Shown here: positions 37,956-49,006 of the stretch, in pieces
How the letters are laid out: each line of letters opens with the position of its first letter
Numbering within the stretch: position 1 is the first letter of the stretch
NCBI GenBank assembly: GCA_043803105.1
Contig: JAZDKJ010000013.1
Span: 32,001 to 96,000, forward strand
DNA length: 64,000 bases
Direction: 5' to 3'
From: Candidatus Woesearchaeota archaeon
GTDB lineage: Archaea > Nanobdellota > Nanobdellia > Woesearchaeales > JAZDKJ01
The notes under the pieces: generated by a model
What the model was told of the DNA's origin: nothing
Database searches by the model: none
Seen by the model: only the letters and a program-made list of their open reading frames with translations
Position numbers and translations under genes: made by a program

Positions 37956-38954
37956 ATGAAAATATCCAATTACACAAACAGCCTTAAATCAATGGCATTA
38001 GCTAGGCTCGGTAAAAAGACTCCAATAAAGGTCATACACTACATAACCAGCAGCTGCAACCTGCACTGCGGATTCTGCCTTGCTGAAGAGCTTAAGCGCG
38101 AACACGACCTTACCACTATAGAAATAAAGAGATGCATGAATGAGTTCAAGGCTGCAGGCACACAGGTGTGGGACTTTGAGGGGGGAGAACCTCTGCTAAG
38201 ACGGGACATCGATGAGATAATCGAGCATGCCTGCAAGTTGGGATTTGTAGTCACGATCACAACAAATGGAATCCTGGTGGATAAACACATAAAGGCACTC
38301 AGAAAAGCAGACTTCATTAACATAAGCGTAGACGGACCAAGAGAAATACACAACAAGATAAGGGGTGCAAACTGCTTTGACACCATCATCAAGAACATTG
38401 ATGAACTGGTCAATAATGGAATCAGGCCGACAATAAACATGGTGGTGTGCAAGGAAAACCTAAGGGAGATGGACTACATGGTCAAACTCGCGATAGAGCA
38501 CAAATGCAAAATAGACTTCTCGCTAGTTGTGGCAAACCTAGAGCACATAGAACCTTACACACTGACAAAGGAAGAAGTTGAAAAAGCTGTACGAAAGATC
38601 CTTGAATTAAAGGCTAAGCATCCAAAGACAGTCAACTGTTCTCCGTCTTATCTAAGAAGGATTGTGAAGTATTATAACAGGGAAATAAAGAGATTCATCC
38701 CAAAATGCCTTGCAGGAACAGCGTTCTGCTCAATCTCGCCATCAGGCGAGGTCGCGCTGTGCGTCGAGAGGCTCAAGGAAAGCATAAACGGAAGAAAAAT
38801 TGGCTACAACAAGGCATTCCAGAAACTCAAGAATCCTGGATGCGACTGCACATGGAGATGCTTCTATAACTTAAGCCAAATGTACTCGCTAAAGCCTTTA
38901 ACCCTGGTCAGGGTTGGCTACAACACCTTAAGGGGAAGATGGGTGCACAGCTAA
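37956..38954 (+). CDS. Radical SAM protein with a SPASM/twitch-type C-terminus
   Basis: Motifs CNLHCGFC, GGEP, TNG, C.AG...G.V..C, CDCTWRC. Confidence 0.9.
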   Translation: MKISNYTNSLKSMALARLGKKTPIKVIHYITSSCNLHCGFCLAEELKREHDLTTIEIKRCMNEFKAAGTQVWDFEGGEPLLRRDIDEIIEHACKLGFVVTITTNGILVDKHIKALRKADFINISVDGPREIHNKIRGANCFDTIIKNIDELVNNGIRPTINMVVCKENLREMDYMVKLAIEHKCKIDFSLVVANLEHIEPYTLTKEEVEKAVRKILELKAKHPKTVNCSPSYLRRIVKYYNREIKRFIPKCLAGTAFCSISPSGEVALCVERLKESINGRKIGYNKAFQKLKNPGCDCTWRCFYNLSQMYSLKPLTLVRVGYNTLRGRWVHS

Positions 38955-39836
38955 TCATTTATGCTGCATATCAGCAAGAAAGGCAAAAAGCCAGATAAAA
39001 ATCCCAATAGTAACAAAAAGCACTGTCAGCATCATGGTCGGCAGATGACTAACCAAACCGGTCGTAAAATAAAAATAGGCAAGCCTAAGCATGCCCAACA
39101 ATGCCACAACGAGAAAGCCTGCGCCAAAGAGTCCAAAAAACTTCAAGGGCTCGTAATCACGATAAATCCTGAAGATATTAATCCAGGCCTTTATGGCATA
39201 CTCGAACGGGCTTCTCATAAGCCTGCTCTTATCCTTCCTCTTGGCAAAGTAAACAGGAACCTCCTTGACCTTGAACTTATGCCTCACTGAGCGGATAATC
39301 TGCTCTTGAGTATAGGTATGGTCTGAAATGAGCCGAATGTTTTCTGCAACAGCAATTTTAAAGGCACGAAAGCCTGTCTGTGCGTCAGTGATTTTGAGAC
39401 CTGCAATGTTAGAGATAACCTTTGAGAAGGCAATATTTCCAAGCCGCTTCACCAAAGGCATACTCTCAATCTTTCCAAGAAAACGCGAGCCCAGAACAAG
39501 GTCATAACCGTGCTCAATCTCTTTAACGAGCTTAGGAATCTCCTGCGGTCTGTACTGGCCGTCAGCATCAATGTGAACAATGACATCAGCATGCATCTCA
39601 ATACATGTCTTCACCTCAGTCCTGAAGGACTCAGCAAGGCCATAATTCTTGGGATGGCTCACGACTATGGCTCCTGCAGCTTTTGAAATCTTTGCGGTAT
39701 CGTCGGTGCTGCCGTCATCAACAACAAGAATCTGAAAACTGTAAGGGGTCTTACCCAATGACTCCTTTATTTCCCTAATGACCTTGCCTATGGTCTGCTC
39801 TTCATTGAATGCTGGAATCGTTACAACAAGCTTCAT
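38955..39836 (-). CDS. GT2 polyprenol-phosphate glycosyltransferase with 2 C-terminal TM segments
   Basis: Motifs IPAFNEE, DDGSTD, DADGQ, GSRF, DAQTGFRA. Confidence 0.9.
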   Translation of the reverse strand: MKLVVTIPAFNEEQTIGKVIREIKESLGKTPYSFQILVVDDGSTDDTAKISKAAGAIVVSHPKNYGLAESFRTEVKTCIEMHADVIVHIDADGQYRPQEIPKLVKEIEHGYDLVLGSRFLGKIESMPLVKRLGNIAFSKVISNIAGLKITDAQTGFRAFKIAVAENIRLISDHTYTQEQIIRSVRHKFKVKEVPVYFAKRKDKSRLMRSPFEYAIKAWINIFRIYRDYEPLKFFGLFGAGFLVVALLGMLRLAYFYFTTGLVSHLPTMMLTVLFVTIGIFIWLFAFLADMQHK

Positions 39837-39968
39837 TGTCAAGAGAATAAAGGCAGGGCGTTTAAATAGGTTTTGCTTGCTTTTGCAAAACATAAAGGGC
39901 GAACAGGCGCGTGCAGCACTTGAAGCGATGCCTTTATAAAAGCATCAATTTTCTGTATACAAGGGAAA

Positions 39969-41819
39969 ATGAGCATACTCACGATAATATTATTTTTCCT
40001 ATACAGTTGGGGAATAGGGTTTAGTGCAACCTACTTTCTAAAGAACTCAGAGAATTTTCTAGAAAGAAATCTTATGCGCATAGGAATCGGATTAGGAATA
40101 TTACCGTTCATGATTTATGTGCTGAGCCTAGTGCACGTGCCAATAGACTGGAAAATCTACGCAGCACTCAGCCTTGTTGGCCCTGTGATGGTGTTCATCA
40201 AGAACAAGGGCGTTCCTGCGCCAAAATTTTCCCTGAAAAAATCCGACTTATACACTCTCGCTGTATTGCTAATAGTTTCTCTTTCGCTGTTCATGTTTCT
40301 TAAAGGGGCATTCCTATACCCATGGCTTGAAGATGGAGACCCCTGGGAATATGCAGTAAGCGCAAAATACATAGCCACGTTCAAGACAACAGCACCCATT
40401 CCAGAAATAAAGGACCTATACTTCCAGAACAACCTTGCACACACCAGGATGATATCAAGCTACAATGAGCCATACCCTCAGGCTTACCCGATAGTAATGG
40501 GGCTTCTGACGCAAACCAACAGTTCAATCAACTGGACGCTGAAGTTCTTCAATGCACTAATAATATCAATAGCACTTGTATTCTTCTACTTCTTCGCAAA
40601 AGAGATGATTGGAGACAAGAACAAGGCACTGTTCGCAACAGTTGTGCTTGCAGCAGTACCTGCATTTGTAAGCCATTTTATCTACTCGCAAGAACTGGCA
40701 GTGCTGATGTTCTTCCCTGTATTTTATGCATGCGAGAGAATCAAGTATGACAAGAAGTGGCTGTTTGTTGCCGCAGTAATAATAGCATCAATACTGATGA
40801 CACAGGCAAGCTCTGCAGGCACGCTAGGAGCATTATTCTTTCCATTCTATTGGCTGGGAAAAGTGATAGTGAACAAGAAACTCATGACACCCATCTTTGT
40901 TGCCGGAGTCTTGGGGTTAATACTCTCATTTGCATTCTGGGGACCAATGATATACAAGTACACCTGGCCTGGAACAGACCCTCTAAAGGGCAAGCCTGGG
41001 CAATCTGTGCTTGCGTCAGGAAAGCCTGAAGATGTTTACACACTCAAGGACTTCTACAGCGCACCTATGGAGAACAAGATTGACAATCCCATAGGGTTAG
41101 GACCTGTGGTTTTCATATTATTATTGGTGTCAGTGGTAGTTTCCCTGGTAAAATACAAGTATATGCTAAAAACTGAATGGGTACTGATATCATTCTTGTG
41201 GGTAATAGTCAACTTCATCAACGTAAACAGTAACAGATTGCCGGTGAACATTAATCCTCACAGGGGATGGTCATTCTTAGCCATAGCAGTTGCAATATTT
41301 GCATGCTATGGCACTTGGCAGCTATTAAGCATGCTAAAACAGCCAGTGCTAAGGATTGGTGCGATGAGCGTAATCGTAGCCTTGATACTGTTCACAAGCG
41401 GGTATCCAAAATATACTGTGAACACTGCAATGTGGCCAACGCATTACTTTGCGAGCTTCTCTGATGTACCTGGATACATGTGGCTCGAAAACCTCCCGGA
41501 CAACACGATGGTAACTTCCCTATGCAGAACCTGGGATGAGAAGGAAATAGGGATGGACATGTATTCGACAAAAGGCTGGGACCCTCAACAGATAGATTTT
41601 GCAAATATCGCACTAAATAAGTCGGTAACAGAGATTCATGACTTCATTGCAGCCAGAAATTACGATTACATGATAATCGACAGCACCTGTGTGGACAAGT
41701 TTGGGATCAACAAAACAAACGATGCACTACACGAACTTCTTCAAACAAACACGTTCAGCCTGGTCTACCCGCAGACGCAGGAAGAGGCGGCCTCCACTTT
41801 TATCTTTACGGTGAACTAG
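39969..41819 (+). CDS. Multi-TM GT-C-like membrane protein
   Basis: Many TM segments; DGDPWEY loop, YP motif, soluble C-terminal domain. Confidence 0.7.
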   Translation: MSILTIILFFLYSWGIGFSATYFLKNSENFLERNLMRIGIGLGILPFMIYVLSLVHVPIDWKIYAALSLVGPVMVFIKNKGVPAPKFSLKKSDLYTLAVLLIVSLSLFMFLKGAFLYPWLEDGDPWEYAVSAKYIATFKTTAPIPEIKDLYFQNNLAHTRMISSYNEPYPQAYPIVMGLLTQTNSSINWTLKFFNALIISIALVFFYFFAKEMIGDKNKALFATVVLAAVPAFVSHFIYSQELAVLMFFPVFYACERIKYDKKWLFVAAVIIASILMTQASSAGTLGALFFPFYWLGKVIVNKKLMTPIFVAGVLGLILSFAFWGPMIYKYTWPGTDPLKGKPGQSVLASGKPEDVYTLKDFYSAPMENKIDNPIGLGPVVFILLLVSVVVSLVKYKYMLKTEWVLISFLWVIVNFINVNSNRLPVNINPHRGWSFLAIAVAIFACYGTWQLLSMLKQPVLRIGAMSVIVALILFTSGYPKYTVNTAMWPTHYFASFSDVPGYMWLENLPDNTMVTSLCRTWDEKEIGMDMYSTKGWDPQQIDFANIALNKSVTEIHDFIAARNYDYMIIDSTCVDKFGINKTNDALHELLQTNTFSLVYPQTQEEAASTFIFTVN

Positions 41820-41892
41820 TGATGTAAACTAAGGGAGAATTTATAAGCTCTGAATTGCCCCTCTACAAATCTATCAGGCAAAATAACCTGGA

Positions 41893-43386
41893 ATGACAGA
41901 CTACAAATCAAACGCACTAAAGAACACAATACTGGTATTTCTGATGTCCATATTAGGGGCTTTCTTGGCATACCTTTTCAGGATACTATTGGCTAGAGAG
42001 CTTAGTGTCAGCTTCTACGGTTTTTTCTTCTCTGCATATGCTGTGGTAAACCTTTTGATCGTTGGCAGGGATTTCGGGCTGCGCAATGCACTTATCAAGT
42101 TTCTACCAGAGTTCAAGGCAAAAAAGAATTATGCTGCAACCAAGGGCTTGATGATTTTTGTAGCATGGTTCCATTTTGCGCTCACACTAATATTCCTGGC
42201 AGTACTATGGCTTTCCTCTGCCTTTGTGGTTACCCACTATTTCAATGCACCTGAACTATTAACTGCATGGAGGCTTTTCCTGCTTGTATTTGCAGTTTCC
42301 TTCATAGAACAGATTTTTGTCTTTAGCTTGCAAGGGATGCAGTACATGTTCTTGTTCTCAATCGCAGACCCAATGCGTTCTGGCTTTACGCTTGGGCTTG
42401 CCATAATACTCATAAAAATGGGACTTGGTGTAGAGGCCCCAATCCTTGCGCTTCTCATCATGTACCCATTAGTGTCGGCGATTTATGCTATTGTTTCCTT
42501 TAGGAAAATATTGAAGCCTTTACGGGGCATACAACCAGAAATAACAGGCTCGCATGCAAAGAAATATCTTAGATTTGGAATATTTACAAGCATGACTTTT
42601 GCAGGCACATTGCTGATAACCCAAGTCGATACACTTTTCCTAACCTATTTCAAAACTTTAGAAGATGTGGGCATCTACCAGATTGCAGTACCAATATCAA
42701 TGCTCTGCCTGTATTTGGCTTACGCAGCCTCCAAAGTTATGATACCCTTATCATCAGAGATGTATGCAAAAAGAGAAACAAAACTTCTTGAGGAAGGCAT
42801 TAGACTTCTACAGAAGTACTTGTTAATGGCAATAATCCCTGTTGCAATGGCAGTCATGCTTTTTCCAGAAATCCCAATAAGAATATTTTTTGGAGAAAAG
42901 TACATCATGGCAGCAGGGGCATTAAGAGTGCTTTCCACCGGAGCTGTCTTCTATTCGATAGCGGTAGTAAATGAGGGTATACTCATGGGCGTGGGCAAAC
43001 CTCAAATAAACACAAAGAATCTTTTCATTGTCTCACTACTGAATGTAATCCTTTGCATAATCCTCATTCCAAGGTTCGGAATCATTGGCGCAGCTTACTC
43101 TACGGCCACAAGCTATGTAATTCTGTCACTAATATCCACATACACCTTAAACAGATTTATGAAAATGAGACTACCATGGTTGCCTTGGCTGAAGATACTG
43201 TTATCAAGCATGCTCTTTGCGATATTCATAGCTTTTCTTAAGAGATCACTTGACCTTCCATGGATTGCGGAGCTTACTATATGCCTTGGCCTAGGGCTTG
43301 CACTCTATTCTGGAATGCTTGCATTACTAAGAGAGTTGAAATGGAAGGAAATCAGAATCGTACTGTCCGGTTTGCGAAAGCTCTGA
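41893..43386 (+). CDS. Wzx/MOP-family flippase
   Basis: About 14 TM segments; D..FL...VGIY, LIPRFGIIGAA. Confidence 0.88.
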   Translation: MTDYKSNALKNTILVFLMSILGAFLAYLFRILLARELSVSFYGFFFSAYAVVNLLIVGRDFGLRNALIKFLPEFKAKKNYAATKGLMIFVAWFHFALTLIFLAVLWLSSAFVVTHYFNAPELLTAWRLFLLVFAVSFIEQIFVFSLQGMQYMFLFSIADPMRSGFTLGLAIILIKMGLGVEAPILALLIMYPLVSAIYAIVSFRKILKPLRGIQPEITGSHAKKYLRFGIFTSMTFAGTLLITQVDTLFLTYFKTLEDVGIYQIAVPISMLCLYLAYAASKVMIPLSSEMYAKRETKLLEEGIRLLQKYLLMAIIPVAMAVMLFPEIPIRIFFGEKYIMAAGALRVLSTGAVFYSIAVVNEGILMGVGKPQINTKNLFIVSLLNVILCIILIPRFGIIGAAYSTATSYVILSLISTYTLNRFMKMRLPWLPWLKILLSSMLFAIFIAFLKRSLDLPWIAELTICLGLGLALYSGMLALLRELKWKEIRIVLSGLRKL

Positions 43387-43538
43387 ACGAAAAATTGGCA
43401 GGACTGCTGATGGGATATCACATAACAGATTTGGTTGCTAGAAGCTAAACCAGAAGATTTTCTCCTATAAATTGGCACAGACAGCGTATTGAAAAGATTT
43501 ATAAACAAATCAAGGTTCCTGAGTGGGAGGTGGTTTTA

Positions 43539-44666
43539 TTGAATGTGCTTGTTACCGGAGGAGCTGGATTCATTGGTTCTTTTATTGCAGACGAGCTGGT
43601 AAGACGCGGCCATGATGTGTTGATTTATGATAATCTTGAGCCGCAGGTTCATGGCACAAGGATTCCTAGTTACTTAAATAAGAACTGCAAATTCATAAAA
43701 GAGGATGTACGAAATTCAAAGGCCCTAAAAGAAGCTATGAAAGACATCGATGTCGTGTTTCACGAGGCAGCGATGGTGGGTGTGGGACAGAGCATGTACC
43801 AGATAGACCGGTACATGGATGTGAATGTAATTGGCACAGCAAGAATACTAGACCTGCTTGTCAACAGTGAACATAATGTCAAGAAAATAATCGTAGCATC
43901 TTCAATGAGCTGTTATGGGGAAGGAAGCTATAGCTGTGAATGCAGGGGGGAAGTCTACCCAGACCTTAGAAGCAAAGAACAAATGGAAAAGAATGACTGG
44001 GAGGTGCATTGCCCTTTCTGCAACAAAATCCTAAAACCGATACCTACCAAGGAGACCAAACCCCTCGTTCCAAACAGCATCTACGCAATATCAAAGCAGG
44101 ACCAAGAGCAAACAGTCTTGAACGTTGGCAAGACATACGGCATCCCGGCAGTTGCCCTCAGATATTTCAATGTCTACGGTCCAAGACAATCACTTTCTAA
44201 CCCTTATACAGGGGTAGCGGCCATCTTCATGAGCAGAATAAAAAACAAGAACAGCCCAATAATATTTGAAGACGGAATACAAAGCAGGGACTTTGTTTCA
44301 GTGCATGACATTGTACAAGCAAACATGCTTGCAATGGAAAGCAAGGCTGCAAACTACGAGTTATTCAATGTCGGAACAGGACGCGCAACTTCCCTGATAA
44401 AGCTCGTGGAAATTCTGGCCAATTCTATCAACCCATCAATCAAGCCTACAATCACGGCACAATTCAGGCCTGGAGATGTCAGGCATTGCTTCGCTGACAT
44501 AAGCAAAATACGCGGCAAACTAGGTTTTGAACCGAAGATACTATTTGAAGAAGGAATGTCGGAATTGGCTAGATGGTCAAGCAACCAAGAAGCGGTCGAC
44601 AGAGTGGATATGGCAACCAAAGAGCTTGCACAGAAAGGGTTGCTTTCAAAAAATGTGGAAAAATAA
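43539..44666 (+). CDS. NAD-dependent epimerase/dehydratase with a Cys (Zn-ribbon-like) insert
   Basis: Motifs GGAGFIG, ASSM, CEC..CPFC, YAISK, RYFNVYGPRQ. Confidence 0.9.
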   Translation: MNVLVTGGAGFIGSFIADELVRRGHDVLIYDNLEPQVHGTRIPSYLNKNCKFIKEDVRNSKALKEAMKDIDVVFHEAAMVGVGQSMYQIDRYMDVNVIGTARILDLLVNSEHNVKKIIVASSMSCYGEGSYSCECRGEVYPDLRSKEQMEKNDWEVHCPFCNKILKPIPTKETKPLVPNSIYAISKQDQEQTVLNVGKTYGIPAVALRYFNVYGPRQSLSNPYTGVAAIFMSRIKNKNSPIIFEDGIQSRDFVSVHDIVQANMLAMESKAANYELFNVGTGRATSLIKLVEILANSINPSIKPTITAQFRPGDVRHCFADISKIRGKLGFEPKILFEEGMSELARWSSNQEAVDRVDMATKELAQKGLLSKNVEK

Positions 44667-45363
44667 GAAAGTCTCTGTTGTCCTTCCTGCATATAATGAG
44701 GGGGACAACATACGCAAGGCAGTAAACCAGTTCTTTGACACCGGGGTGGCGGATGAAGTCATTGTTGTAAACAATAACTCAAAAGACCAAACGGTTGAAG
44801 AGACAAAAAAAACAAAAGCCAAGCTTGTAAACGAGAAAAGGCAGGGATATGGTTGGGCAAATAGAAGGGGGCTTGCCGAGGCATCTGGGGAACTGATAAT
44901 CACCTGTGAACCTGATGATACCTTCGTAGCAAACGACATATTCAAGTTGCTTGCGTATTCTGATGATTTTGATGTGGTGTTCACCACAAGGACAAGCCCA
45001 GAATGCATACAGGAAGGGGCAAACATGAACTGGTTCCTAAGACTCGGTAATATTGCCGTTGGAAAACTTCTAGAATACTTACATGGCGGACCGAGGTTAA
45101 CCGATGTAGGCTCAACATTCAAGCTAATAAAGAGAAAACAATTGAAAAAAATAATGGACAAATTCACAGTAGGCAAATCCCATTTTTCACCTGAATTCAT
45201 GCTCCTTTGCGCGAGAGCAGGAATACCATCAGTAGAAATACCTGTCAACTACAAGGCAAGAATAGGCACTTCAAAGATCACTGGCTCCCTATGGAAAGCC
45301 TTCAAGTTGGGAATCATAATGTGCGCAATGATTATCTCATATAGATTCAAGAGAATAGACTGA
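44653..45363 (+). CDS. GT2 (DPM1-like) glycosyltransferase
   Basis: Motifs LPAYNE, NNNSKD, QGYG, EPD, Y..RIG.SK. Confidence 0.88.
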   Translation: MWKNKKVSVVLPAYNEGDNIRKAVNQFFDTGVADEVIVVNNNSKDQTVEETKKTKAKLVNEKRQGYGWANRRGLAEASGELIITCEPDDTFVANDIFKLLAYSDDFDVVFTTRTSPECIQEGANMNWFLRLGNIAVGKLLEYLHGGPRLTDVGSTFKLIKRKQLKKIMDKFTVGKSHFSPEFMLLCARAGIPSVEIPVNYKARIGTSKITGSLWKAFKLGIIMCAMIISYRFKRID

Positions 45364-45402
45364 GAGCAGCTAAACAAATCTGTTCGTGAAATTGGCCATA
45401 AA

Positions 45403-46791
45403 ATGAGAGTCCAACTATTTTTCCCGCCATTTGACAACCAGGATGAGACAGTAGTCAACTTGCTCCCCTTAGGTATAGCATATATAGGGACTGTGCTGTC
45501 AAGGGAAGGTCACGTAATAGAAGCATACAACTACGAAAATGCTGGAGGGGGTGCAATTTCTCTGATGCTCCAGAAGGTCAGGAATTTCCGTCCTGAAATG
45601 GTTGGTATGACCTGTCTTACCAATAACAGGGGCTCGTGCATAAGGTTTGCGAAAAAGGTAAAGAAATACAACCCAAACATTAAGGTGGTACTGGGTGGCG
45701 TGCATGCAACTATCATGCACAAACAGATCCTATCGCATTTTGCAGCAATCGACATCATAGTGATGGGTGAGGGCGAGCTAACAGTAAGAGAGCTTGTGAG
45801 CACTATAGAAAAAAAAGGAGATCTCAAATCTGTCAAGGGCTTGGCATTTCGTGAACATGGCAAGATAATAGAAACAGAAAAAAGAGAGCCAATAAAGGAC
45901 CTAGATACACTTCCGATACCGAACCTGGAATTCTTTCGCAAGCAGATAGAGGAAACCAAGACTGGATGCATATACTCATCCAGGGGATGCCCTTATCATT
46001 GTAACTTCTGCTCAACCTCACATTACTGGAACAACATGTGGAGGCCGAGAAGCCCAAAACACGTCGTAGACGAGATAGAATACCTGTTAACAAATTTCCA
46101 GGTAAAATATCTTTACTTTACAGATGACTGCTTTAGCACAAGCAAGAAGAGAGTAATAGAGATTTGCAGGAAAATCGTGCAACGAGGGCTCAAGGTCAAG
46201 TTCACGGTTTCGACAAGGGTAAACTTCATAGATGATGAATCCCTTCGCTGGCTCAAGAAAGCAGGGGCAGTCGAAGTGGCATTCGGGGTGGAGAGCGGAA
46301 GCCCAAAAATATTGGGGAACATAGGGAAGCAAGAGGACCTATCACAGGTGATAACTGCATGCAAGAAAACCGCAAAATGGGGATTAACACCATCTGTACT
46401 CCTGTTTGTCGGGACGCCTGGAGAGAACCAGGAAACAATTAATGAAACAAAAAAATTGGTGGACCAAATCTACAGGAGCGCAAAAATAGACTATGTCAGG
46501 CTCCTTGAGGTCTATCCGGGAGTACCTTTGTATGAGCACGCAAAAAAAATTGGATTTATAGATGATGATTATTGGCTAACAAACAAAGACCCGCCAATAT
46601 TTACCGCAGAAAACTCAAAGGAACAGCTTCAGAGATGGTCAACAGAAATTGTGCTGCACAACTACAGACGCAAGGGAATAGAATTTATGGCAAGGTATCT
46701 TATCAAGTCGATTTTCACACACCCAGTGAAGGTCCTGAAATTTGCCTGGCAGAGAAAATTTTTTGGCACATTCTTGAGGTCAAGAGCATGA
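45403..46791 (+). CDS. B12-binding radical SAM protein
   Basis: Motifs PLG, GGVHA, GEGE, SRGCPYHCNFC, GVESG. Confidence 0.92.
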   Translation: MRVQLFFPPFDNQDETVVNLLPLGIAYIGTVLSREGHVIEAYNYENAGGGAISLMLQKVRNFRPEMVGMTCLTNNRGSCIRFAKKVKKYNPNIKVVLGGVHATIMHKQILSHFAAIDIIVMGEGELTVRELVSTIEKKGDLKSVKGLAFREHGKIIETEKREPIKDLDTLPIPNLEFFRKQIEETKTGCIYSSRGCPYHCNFCSTSHYWNNMWRPRSPKHVVDEIEYLLTNFQVKYLYFTDDCFSTSKKRVIEICRKIVQRGLKVKFTVSTRVNFIDDESLRWLKKAGAVEVAFGVESGSPKILGNIGKQEDLSQVITACKKTAKWGLTPSVLLFVGTPGENQETINETKKLVDQIYRSAKIDYVRLLEVYPGVPLYEHAKKIGFIDDDYWLTNKDPPIFTAENSKEQLQRWSTEIVLHNYRRKGIEFMARYLIKSIFTHPVKVLKFAWQRKFFGTFLRSRA

Positions 46792-47312
46792 AGGAAAAAA
46801 TAAGGATGAGCCTGCACCTTGGCTGCGGCAACATTTACAATGAGAGCAAGGGAAAAGAGAAATGGATCAACCTTGACAAGATGCGAACGGTTAAGGCTGA
46901 TGTATACCACGACCTTGATGAGTACCCTTACCCTTTTGCGCCAAACACATTTGACTATATCTACAGCCAAGGGCTACTTGAACATGTGGAGGACGTTATA
47001 AAACACCTGGAAGAAATATGGCGCATCAGCAAGAAGGGAGCAATAGTTGAGTACAAAGTGCCGCACTCGATGTCACAAAACAGCTTCACAGACTTCACTC
47101 ACAAACACACGTTCACAGAATATAGCATGGCACTTGTGTGCGACAATCTTGAAGGGAACCTATACATACAAGGCAAATTTGACCTGTTGGAAGTACAGAA
47201 AATCAAAGGCCAGATGGGGAAGCTTTTTCCAGAGTTTATTAACAGGAAGATTTGCCATGTAATCGAGGAGGTTTACCAGTTTATCATCTTTAAATTGGTT
47301 GTAAAAAAATGA
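46788..47312 (+). CDS. SAM-dependent methyltransferase (type 11)
   Basis: Motifs LHLGCG, W.NLD, LEH, WRI.K.G, D.TH; ATGA overlap. Confidence 0.85.
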   Translation: MKEKIRMSLHLGCGNIYNESKGKEKWINLDKMRTVKADVYHDLDEYPYPFAPNTFDYIYSQGLLEHVEDVIKHLEEIWRISKKGAIVEYKVPHSMSQNSFTDFTHKHTFTEYSMALVCDNLEGNLYIQGKFDLLEVQKIKGQMGKLFPEFINRKICHVIEEVYQFIIFKLVVKK

Positions 47313-47319
47313 GTCTATC

Positions 47320-48954
47320 ATGAAATCTATTAACAAAGATTTTTTTATCGTTCTTGCCTGCATGTTAATCCTTTTCTTGCTTAGCCTAACAAAACTTGGC
47401 TTACCTTATACAATGGATGAGGTGGAATTTATCAAGGCAGGGCATGCAATAAATGAAGGCAGCAAATATGTCTACATAGGTGAGCAAATGCCCAGGGTAA
47501 GCTGGCTATGGCATCCTCCTTTGTTCGTTTTCCTAATGAGCGTAGTGGTTAAGGCTGGCTCGCAGGAAGGATTGATAAGATCATTTTTGCTCTCTATAAA
47601 CATGCTCACTATCATTAGCCTATATTACCTTGCAAAGCTGGTTTTTGCCAAGAAATGGCAGATGTACACGGTATTGTTCTTGTACACGATTCAACCACTG
47701 GTTGTGCAAAGCGCAACACTCCTGGAAATCGATGGCACTATAATGACTCTTTTCATAGTCCTATTCTTCTACTTTCTTGTAAAATACATTAAGGGCGGGG
47801 AAACCAAGGATAGTGTGTTAATGTGTGCGTTCTTTTTCCTTACAATATGGTCGAAACTGCAGTACGCACCAATGTTATCAATCTCGCTTGTAATTGGGTT
47901 TGCCTACAAAGGCAAGATTAAGGGAGCGTTACGCGGAGTAGGAATAACAGCCACGGTTGTTACAGTATTTCTTATCTCTTGGTTAGCTCTTGCATTCGTT
48001 GCAAAGCTCGACCCTTTAGCATTTCTGGCAAACAACTCTACACGGACGGTTGGACTTTTTACAGTATCATTCCAATCGATGCAAAGACTCCTGTTTACAA
48101 TATGGTCACTCAAGGGTTCAATTATCTGGATTGGTTTACCGCTAGGTTTGCTGTACATTTTCCACCTGATTTTGCGCCTTAGAGAATTGTGGTCCAATAG
48201 GCAGCTGAAATGGTCTGATCCGCTCGATGCGTTTGTAATCTCTGGCTTTGCATTTTTTTCCCTAATAGGATACAATGCATACGGATTCCCGAAACCGTAC
48301 GTAGCGCTAATTCCGATAGGCTTGATAACCTCTTTAGAGAGGATTGACCTTGCACAATTCAAAAAGAATTGGCGAAAGCTTATAGCAGGATCAGCAATCT
48401 CAATAGGACTTCTGATAGGCCTTGCAGGAGACCCACTGTTGGCACAGAACAGATTTTATACAGCAGGCAGGGAATATCTAGGGAGCGCGCAAATGCTCAT
48501 GGATAACCTGAGCTTCCTGTACCTTCTTCTGCCGCTAATGGTTTTTGCAGCAATTGTGCTTCTGTCCAGACAGAAGGTGAAGACGCTAGGAGTGTCTCTT
48601 GTTGTCTTAATAGCAACAAATTCAATATACATGGCAGGAATGCAAGTAAAGGCAGAGTATTCAACAACATACATGTACGGACAAAAAGGCCTGAGGCAGA
48701 CCATTGACTACATACAAGGCAAAGACCTGGGAGAGATTTATGCATCACGCACGGACACAGGATTTTACGGCAAGGGAAGGTACATACAACTCATACCTGA
48801 AAGCCCAGAATCATACGGGCAATTCTACAACAAGTATGCAAGCAAAGTGAAATATCTAATACTGGCACCGCCTGATGCAGTAGAAAGCTTTGACGGCAGC
48901 TTTATTCTTGAGAAGAAAATAGGAGATTTCTCAATTTACAGAGCAAACAACTGA
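47320..48954 (+). CDS. GT-C (ArnT/PMT-like) glycosyltransferase
   Basis: DE after TM1, HPPL motif, multiple TM segments. Confidence 0.8.
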   Translation: MKSINKDFFIVLACMLILFLLSLTKLGLPYTMDEVEFIKAGHAINEGSKYVYIGEQMPRVSWLWHPPLFVFLMSVVVKAGSQEGLIRSFLLSINMLTIISLYYLAKLVFAKKWQMYTVLFLYTIQPLVVQSATLLEIDGTIMTLFIVLFFYFLVKYIKGGETKDSVLMCAFFFLTIWSKLQYAPMLSISLVIGFAYKGKIKGALRGVGITATVVTVFLISWLALAFVAKLDPLAFLANNSTRTVGLFTVSFQSMQRLLFTIWSLKGSIIWIGLPLGLLYIFHLILRLRELWSNRQLKWSDPLDAFVISGFAFFSLIGYNAYGFPKPYVALIPIGLITSLERIDLAQFKKNWRKLIAGSAISIGLLIGLAGDPLLAQNRFYTAGREYLGSAQMLMDNLSFLYLLLPLMVFAAIVLLSRQKVKTLGVSLVVLIATNSIYMAGMQVKAEYSTTYMYGQKGLRQTIDYIQGKDLGEIYASRTDTGFYGKGRYIQLIPESPESYGQFYNKYASKVKYLILAPPDAVESFDGSFILEKKIGDFSIYRANN

Positions 48955-49006
48955 GTGATTCGCTGGGAAAACATTTAAATATGCTCCAACCATCTCAATA
49001 ACCAAA

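Noticed and set aside
10319-39889. TTTGCAAA palindrome in three divergent promoter regions (10319, 34344, 39882)
   Set aside because: It also occurs inside coding regions (about 2413 and 33593) and GCAA is common here; enrichment cannot be shown without statistics.
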